Assembly (NCBI RefSeq): GCF_006345805.1
Contig: NC_043024.1
Location: forward strand, 5,890,001 to 5,954,000
Source: Octopus sinensis
Lineage: Eukaryota
Direction: 5' to 3'
Length of the DNA stretch: 64,000 bases
In this document: positions 39,401 to 48,700 of the stretch, one piece after another
Layout of the letters: each line of letters begins with the position of its first letter
Position numbering within the stretch: the stretch's first letter is position 1
Notes under the pieces: generated by a model
Databases searched by the model: none
Told to the model about the DNA's origin: nothing
Seen by the model: only the letters and a program-made list of their open reading frames with translations
Position numbers and translations under genes: made by a program

Positions 39401-42400
39401 ATCTTATGTGGCACCATCACTAGTGCGTCTTATGTGGCACCATCACCATTGCGTCTTATGTGGCACCATCACCAATGCGTTTTATGTGGCACAATCACCA
39501 TTGCGTTTTATGTGGCACAATCACCAATGCGTCTTATGTGGCACCATCACTAGTGCGTCTTATGTGGAACCATCACCAATGCGTCTTATGTGGCACCATC
39601 ACCAATGCGTCTTATGTGGCACAATCACCATTGCGTCTTATGTGGCACAATCACTAATGCGTCTTATGTGGCACAATCACCAATGCGTCTTATGTGGCAC
39701 AATCACCATTGCGTCTTATGTGGCACCATCACCAATGCGTCTTATGTGGCACCATCACCATTGCCTCTTATGTGGCACCATCACCAATGCGTCTTATGTG
39801 GCACAATCACCATTGCGTCTTATGTGGCACAATCACCAATGCGTCTTATGTGGCACCATCACTAGTGCGTCTTATGTGGCACAATCACCATTGCGTCTTA
39901 TGTGGCACCATCACCAATGCGTCTTATGTGGCACAATCACCATTGCGTCTTATGTGGCACAATCACCAATGCGTCTTATGTGGCACCATCACCATTGCGT
40001 CTTATGTGGCACAATCACCATTGCGTCTTATGTGGCACAATCACCAATGCGTCTTATGTGGCACCATCACCATTGCGTCTTATGTGGCACAATCACCATT
40101 GCGTCTTATGTGGCACAATCACCAATGCGTCTTATGTGGCACAATCACCATTGCGTCTTATGTGGCACCATCACCAATGCGTCTTATGTGGCACCATCAC
40201 CATTGCGTCTTATGTGGCACCATCACCAATGCGTCTCATGTGGCACAATCACCATTGCGTCTTATGTGGCACAATCACCAATGCGTCTTATGTGGCACCA
40301 TCACCATTGCGTCTTATGTGGCACCATCACCAATGCGTCTTATGTGGCACAATCACCATTGCGTCTTATGTGGCACCATCACCAATGCGTCTTATGTGGC
40401 ACCATCACCAATGCGTCTTATGTGGCACAATCACCATTGCGTCTTATGTGGCACAATCACCAATGCGTCTTATGTGGCACCATCACCATTGCGTCTTATG
40501 TGGCACAATCACCATTGCGTCTTATGTGGCACAATCACCAATGCGTCTTATGTGGCACCATCACCATTGCGTCTTATGTGGCACAATCACCATTGCGTCT
40601 TATGTGGCACCATCACCAATGCGTCTTATGTGGCACAATCACCATTGCGTCTTATGTGGCACAATCACCAATGCGTCTTATGTGGCACCATCACCATTGC
40701 GTCTTATGTGGCACAATCACCATTGCGTCTTATGTGGCACAATCACCAATGCGTCTTATGTGGCACAATCACCATTGCGTCTTATGTGGCACCATCACTA
40801 GTGCGTCTTATGTGGCACCATCACTAGTGCGTCTTATGTGGCACCATCACTAGTGTGTCTTATGTGGGACCAACATTCAGACCAATGCTTTTTAAGTGGC
40901 ATCTCGGTTTTAGGATCTCAATTCTGTTGTGGTGGGCATATCTTCTGAAGTACAGCAATAAGAGTGGAAATTAATAATACTGGGCAATTCAAAGCCTTGG
41001 GAGTGGATTTCATAGACGGAAACTGAATGAAGCCCATTGTGCACATGCGCATGCACGCGTGTGTGTGTGTCTGTAGTTGTCCCCTGCCGCCACTTGACAT
41101 CTGGTGTTGGTTGGTGTGTTTATATGCCTGTAACCTAGCAGTTTGGCAAACGAGACTGATAGAATAAACTTTGTTTATAATTTCATTCCTTTTGGATGCT
41201 GCACATTTGTTCAAAACAGTTTTTTTTTTTCAATTTGGCTGCAACCATTTTCTCTGCTTCCATCCCCAGGATGGAACAATAGTTTAGCTGAACTAAAAGA
41301 ATGCATTCAGTTAGCAGTGTAGGAAATAACACCTGAAATGCTTCTAAATGTGTCTTAGAATGCTTAGGGTAGATTTGAAATTTGTGCAGGAGATGCCAGC
41401 ACCGCCCGACTGGCATCCGTGCTGGTGGCACGTAAAAAGCTCCATCCGACCGTGGCCATTACCAACCTTGCCTGGCCCCCATGCCGGTGGCACATAAAAA
41501 GCACCATCCGATCGTGGCCGTTTGCCAGCCCCGTCTGGTCCCCGTGCTGGTGGCACGTAAAAAGCACCCACTACACTCATGGAGTGGTTGGCGTTAGGAA
41601 GGGCATCCAGCCGTAGAAACGTTGCCAGATCAGACTGGGCCTGGTGCAGCCTTCTGGCTTCCCAGACCGCAGTTGAACCGTCCAACCCATGCCAGCATGG
41701 AAAGCGGACGTTAAACGATGATGATGATAACTCCTTGAAATGCTTCTAAATGTGTCTTGTAAAGCTAAGGGTAGGTTTCAAATTTGCAGGGATCAAGACA
41801 AAATTTTCAATAAAGTTTGGATGTAAAATTTATAAATCTATTTGTTTTGGAATCATAATTAAGAAATAAATATAAAATTCTTTAAATAATTTACCTGATT
41901 TCATTGAAATGGATTGTTAATACTGGGACACCCTGTGTAATGTCAATCAGGAAAACAGAAATGGGGCTGAAGGTCTGACAACTTGCCATGTGGTGGGTAT
42001 TCTAGTCCAGGGCCCCCAGCTGCCCCCACATGACTCCTGACCTCTACATACTGGTGACTTGGTTGAAGTACTTACCGAGTGCAAGTGAGACCTTGGCCAG
42101 CTGGTTGATGTATTTCGCCATGGTATAGGATAGATCCATGAGGAAGTAGAGGTCCACTGGACTGTCTTTGGCAAAGTAGAACTGGAATGGTATCTCCACG
42201 GTTTCATCTGGTGGTGGTGAGAGAAAAGAGAGTATTAAGAGAGGGTGTGAAGGGGGAGATTGAACACTGAAAGTGTATTGGTGATGAGGGAGGGAGGGAG
42301 AAGGAAAAGAGATAGAGAGAGGGGGGGAGTGAGAGAGTGAAAGAGTTGTGGGAACAGGAAATAGAGATTGTATAGGTGATGTGATGGGTGGAAGAGAGAA

Positions 42401-42578
42401 GGAAAGACAGGGGTGCAGTGTGAGTGAGGGAGAGGAGGGGAAAGAAATAAAAAAATTGGGAGAGGAGAGGGTGGAGGAGAGCGAGAATGGGGAAAGGGAA
42501 AGAGAAGAAAGAAAATAGTGATTGCATAAATGAGAGGGGCAAAGGAAGGGCAAAAACAAAGAAAAAGAGTAAATTAGA

Positions 42579-42628
<50 letters not shown>

Positions 42629-42649
42629 CATACATGCACGAAAACACAC

Positions 42650-42696
<47 letters not shown>

Positions 42697-44312
42697 ATCC
42701 AAACATGAAAGCACAAAAAAACACAACAACGTGAGGACGTGGAACAAATATAGTATTATTGGACGCTCAGGAAAGAAGGAAAGAAGGAGGGTTTAACGTT
42801 TCGAGCGGAGCTCTTCGTCGGAAACATAGGAGAAGGAAAGATCCAGAGAAGGGAAGACAGAGGAAAAAAAATCACCAACGGTACACACACGGTCATAAAT
42901 ATGTACATATCTCATAATAAAAAAAAGAATTGTTACTTACGAGGTCGTACTCGTAACTTGATCTTCTGTGGCTGAATTTGGATCGCATTTTGTCCATCTG
43001 CTGTGGGTCGATTCTATTGATAAAAAGATTAATGTTGTAATATATAAGGAACTTAACAGTTGTGTGTGTATACATCATCCTCATCACTTAATGTCCATTG
43101 TCCATGCTGGCATGGGTTGGATGGTTTGACCAGGGCTGGCAAGCTGGAAGGCTACACCAGACTCCAGTCTGATTTCTACGGCTGGATGCCCCCCCTAACA
43201 CCAAGCACTCCAAGAGTGTAATGGGTGCTTTCATGTGCCACCAGCACAGTTGCCAGTTGCGTGACCCCAGTATCGATGGGTCTTCTTCTCAAGCACAGCA
43301 GATTGCCAAAGATCTTAATCGCTTGTCATTGCTTCTGTGAGGCCCAATGCTCGAAAGGTGCTTTTTACGTGCCACCAGCATCGATGCCGTTTATGTGGCA
43401 CCGGCATTGGCCATAACTATGATTTCACTTAGCTTGGCAGGTTTTCTCGAGCACAGACAGGTCTTATCTATCTATATCTATCATCAACATTGATTAACAT
43501 CTATTTCCATGCTGGCATGGGTTGGAAGGCTTAACTGGAGTTGGACAGCTGAAGATCTACCCAGGTTCCATATCCGTTTTGGCATGGTTTCTACAGCTGG
43601 ATGCCCTTCCTAATGCCAGTCTCTTTACAGATTGAACTGGGTGCTTTTATGTGGCACCAGCACCCACCAACCCACAGGATTATGATCGCTCAGTTCATTT
43701 TCCATGCTGGCAGAGTTGGGCAATTTGACAAAATTCCTATTTCTTTACTACCCACAAGGGGTTAAACACAGAGAGAACAAACAAGGACAGACAAATGGAT
43801 TAAGTCAATTATATCGACCCCAGTGCATAACTGGTACTTAATTTATCGACCCCGAAAGGATGAAAGGCAAAGTCGACCTCGGCGGAATTTGAACTCAGAA
43901 CATAGCGGCAGACGAAATACCGCTAAGCATTTTGTCTGGCGTGCTAATGTTTCTGCCAGCTCTCCGCCTTTTAATTTGACAAAATTCCGTGAGCCCCAGG
44001 GCCATATCATGCTCTGGTGTCAGCTTTGTCATTGTTCCTACAGCTGGATGCTCTTCCTAAATCCAAACATTTTGTATGATGTACTGGTTGCATTTACACA
44101 CATCCACATGCACGCACACAAATATATACTTACACACACACACACACATGCACACTGGCTTCTTTCGATTTTAGGCTGCCAAATCTATTCATAAGGCTCT
44201 TGCTAGGCCCCTGTGGCTATAAAAGAAGGCACCTTACTTCAGATGCCACACTGTAAATTTGATCTGAAAACCATGTGGATCAGAACTAAACTTCTTAATC
44301 ATACATACACAC

Positions 44313-44397
<85 letters not shown>

Positions 44398-45704
44398 ATT
44401 TTAAAGAGAGACATGCACATGTGTATGTGTTCTTTTTTCTTTTTCTTTATTCTTTTATTTGTTTCAGTCATATGACTGTGGCCATGCTGGAGCACTGCCT
44501 TTAGTCAAGCAAACTGACCCCAGGACTTATTCTTTGTAAGCCTAGCACTTATTCTATCAGTCTCTCATGCCGAACTGCTAAGTGACAGGGATGTAAACAC
44601 ACCAGCAACGGTTGTCAAGTGATGTTGGTGGGGACAAACATATACACACACACACATATATATACATATATATATATATATAGATATATATACATATATA
44701 TACATATATATACATACATATACATATATATATATACATATATATATATACATATATATATATACATATATATATATATAATATATATACATATATATAT
44801 ACACATATATATATATACATATATATATATACATATATATATACACATATATATATATACATATATATATACATACATACATACATATATACATATATAT
44901 ATACATATATATATACATATATATATACATATATATATACACATATATATATATACATATATATAACATATATATACATACATATATATATTACATATAT
45001 ATATAATATATATATAATATATATATACAATATATAATATACATATATATATATACATATATATATATAATATATATATAGATATATATATATATACATA
45101 TATATATACATATATATATACATATATATATACATAATATATATATATACATTATATATATACATATATATATATATATACATATATATATACATAATAT
45201 ATATATATATATATACTATATATATATATACATATATATACATATATATATTACATATATATATAATATATATATATACATTATATATATATATACATAT
45301 ATATATATACATATATACATACATATATATATATACATATATACATATATAATATACATATATACATATATATTATATACATATATATATATACATATAT
45401 ATATATATACATATATATATATACATATATATACATATATATATATACACTATATATATATAATACATATATACATATATATACATATATATATATACAT
45501 TATATATACATATATATTATATACATATATATAATATATAAAAATAATATATATATATATATATAATATATATATATAGATATATATAAAAATAAATATA
45601 TATATATATATATATATACATATATTATATATAGATATATATAAAAATAAATATATATCTATATATATATACATATATATTATATATATATATATAAAAT
45701 AATA

Positions 45705-45738
<34 letters not shown>

Positions 45739-45757
45739 GATATATATAAAAAATAAA

Positions 45758-45789
<32 letters not shown>

Positions 45790-48700
45790 ATATATATACA
45801 TATATATATATATAGATATATATAAAAATAAATATATATATATATAGATATATATAAAAATAAATATATATATATGATATATATATAAAAATAAATATAA
45901 TATATATATATATATATATAAAAATAAATATATATATATACGACAGTTTCTGTCTACTAAATCCACTCACAAGACTTTGGTCAGCCTGAGGCTATAGTAG
46001 AAGACACTTGCCCAAGGTGCCACACAGTGGGACTGAACCCAGAACCATGTGGTTGGGAAGCAAGCTACTCACCACACAGCCACATGTATAAAATTTTTAA
46101 TTTCAAATTACAATAAATGTAAACAAACTAATATTTGTTTAAGAAGCCTTGAAATGTGTATTGAGATACAAATAAGATGATAATTTTATTTTCAAATGCA
46201 TAAATGTTGACAGAACAGCAGAGAGTGGATAAAAGATCCTTATAAAAGCAGAAAAATTGGTCAGCAACCAGCCATGAGACTGATTGTTGATAAAGTTTTC
46301 TGTTTTATAAGGATATCTTATCCAGTCTCTGCTGTTCTGTCGGCTTTTATACGTTTAAAAATAAATAATCACCTTATTTACATTATTTACATTTGATGGC
46401 TATTCGTCCTCATCTTGTTTGTTGTTAACACAACGTTTCGGCTGATATACCCTCCAGCCTTCTTCAGGTGTCTTGGGGAAATTTTGAACCTGGGTTCTCA
46501 CTCCTAAGGTATTTTTTGATGTTATTATTATTATTATTATTCAGGTTGCTACCTGGAATTGAACTTGGAATCTTGGGATTAGTAGCTCGCGCTCTTAACC
46601 ACTATGCCATATACCCATGGGCATATAATAACAACAACATCAAAAAATATACCTTAGGAATGAGAACCTAGGTTCGAAATTTCCCCAAGACACCTGATGA
46701 AGGCTGGAGGGTATATCAGCCAAAACATTGTGTTAACAACAAACAAGATGAGGACAAATATCTGTCAAATGTAAATAATGTAAATAATGTAAATAATTCC
46801 TCATCTCTTAAATATAGAACTAAATTATCAACTTATTTGTATTTAAAATTATGTTAAAAGGTGACTAAAATAGATTTCAAAAAGACTGCTGTCCAGGTAT
46901 CAAGTGAAATACTGACCTTAGCAATGGTAATTTCTGAAACTGGATCGACAATATGTTGATCACAGCCATTTGCAATGTGGGCTTCACGGGTGTTGCATAA
47001 TTTTATATTCAACTGGAAAAAGAAATATTAAAATGGTAAGAATGTGTGACAGTGGAATTTATTTCTTTTTTGAAAAACATGTGAAATTTATAGGATAAAT
47101 TCTTCAATGAAATTAGTGTTGCATAACCTGGGGTACTAGTACCATTTCATGGGGTACTGGGAGTTCGTTTCAGATAGTGATGAAATTAATTTCCAAAAAG
47201 TTTTTATCTTTTACTTGTTTCAGTCATTGGACTGTGGCCATACTGGGGCACCGCCTTGAAGGGTTTAGTCAAACAAATCAAACCTAGTACATATTTCTTT
47301 TGTATTTTATGCCTATTGGTCTCTTTTTGCTGAACTACTAAGTTACAGAGACATAACAAACCAACTCTATCAAGTGGTGGGCAGGTGGGGAGCAAACATA
47401 AGCACAAAGACGTATGTAGGATCAGAGACAAGCAAATTAACCCCCTGTATATTCCCACATGACTGAAAGTGGACTAATGCGTTTCATCATCATCATCATC
47501 GTTTAACGTCCACTTTCCATGCTAGCATGGGTTGGACGATTGACTGAGGGCTGGTGAACCAGATGTCTGCACCAGACTCCAATCTTGATCTGGCAGAGTT
47601 TCTACAGCTGGATGCCCTTCCTAATGCCAACCACTCCGAGAGTGTAGTGGATGCTTTTTACGTGCCACCAGCATGGGGGCCAGTCAGGCGGTACTGGCAA
47701 TGACCTCGCTTGAATCTTTTTACACATATCACCGGCACAGGTGCCAGTAAGGCGACGTTGGTAACGATCACGCTCGAATGGTGCCCTTTTACATACCACT
47801 AGCACGGAAGCCAGCTGGCTGCTCTGGCAACGATCACGCTTGGATGGTGTTCTTGGCTGGCTGCTCTGACATAAATAAAAAACTGTGTGAACTGTCAGGG
47901 CAGATGACAGTGTTGGTCGACTGTATTGGTTACTGTGCTAGTGCGATGTGAGTTGGTTTAATATCATGTCTACGTTCAAGCAGTACAGAGTGCGTCTTGT
48001 ATAAACATAATAATTCTGTGCTTGGATTATTTTAGATAACCACATCCAAATATTTATTCGGGTAATATTGGGCTGGTGCATAATTATTGCAGCTTTTTTT
48101 CAACAAATTTTATTCAACAAAAACAATAACAACATGTAACAGAAACATCTTTAACTCTTTAGCATTCAAACCGGCCGTATTTGGCCAAAATATTTAACCT
48201 GTTTTATATTAAAACTGACCAGATCTCGCCTCTCACCTCAGGCCTACCATGTCATTCTAAAACTAAAAAAATCACATCACTGAAATCTCTAAACTACAAG
48301 ATAATGCAGAATTAATTCAAACCATTTTAAATAAACAAACATCACATTTGACAGAATAATCTGAACACTGAAGGGTTAAATGATTATTCTGGAGCATATT
48401 CACCATCTACTTCAATTACTGCTTGGCAGACGGTCAGATCATTATTTAACCCTTTAGTATTCTGGTTACTCTGCCAAATGCCATGCTTCTGCCTTCACAT
48501 TGATTTGAATTAATCATGCTTTATCTCATAGTTTTGGGATTTCAATGGTGTGATTGTTTATCTTTAGAATGACATTGTAGGGTAGGTTTGAGAGGCCAAA
48601 TTGGGCCAGTTTGGACATAAAACAAGTAGAATATTTGGGCTGGATAAGGGGCCGGTTTAAATGCTAAAGGGTCAAAGATGTTTTTGTTACATGTTATTGT

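Noticed and set aside
34551-40875. CRISPR-like regular array, or a real Cys/His-rich gene
   Set aside because: No unique spacers or cas genes, and the context is eukaryotic. The ORFs are the same repeat in all three frames, with no splice or promoter evidence.
44565-45970. Tyr/Ile-rich ORFs
   Set aside because: Translations of (TA)n.
46545-46616. Functional tRNA gene (loop CU-ACU-AA)
   Set aside because: Acceptor and anticodon stems do not pair; treated as a SINE-type head.
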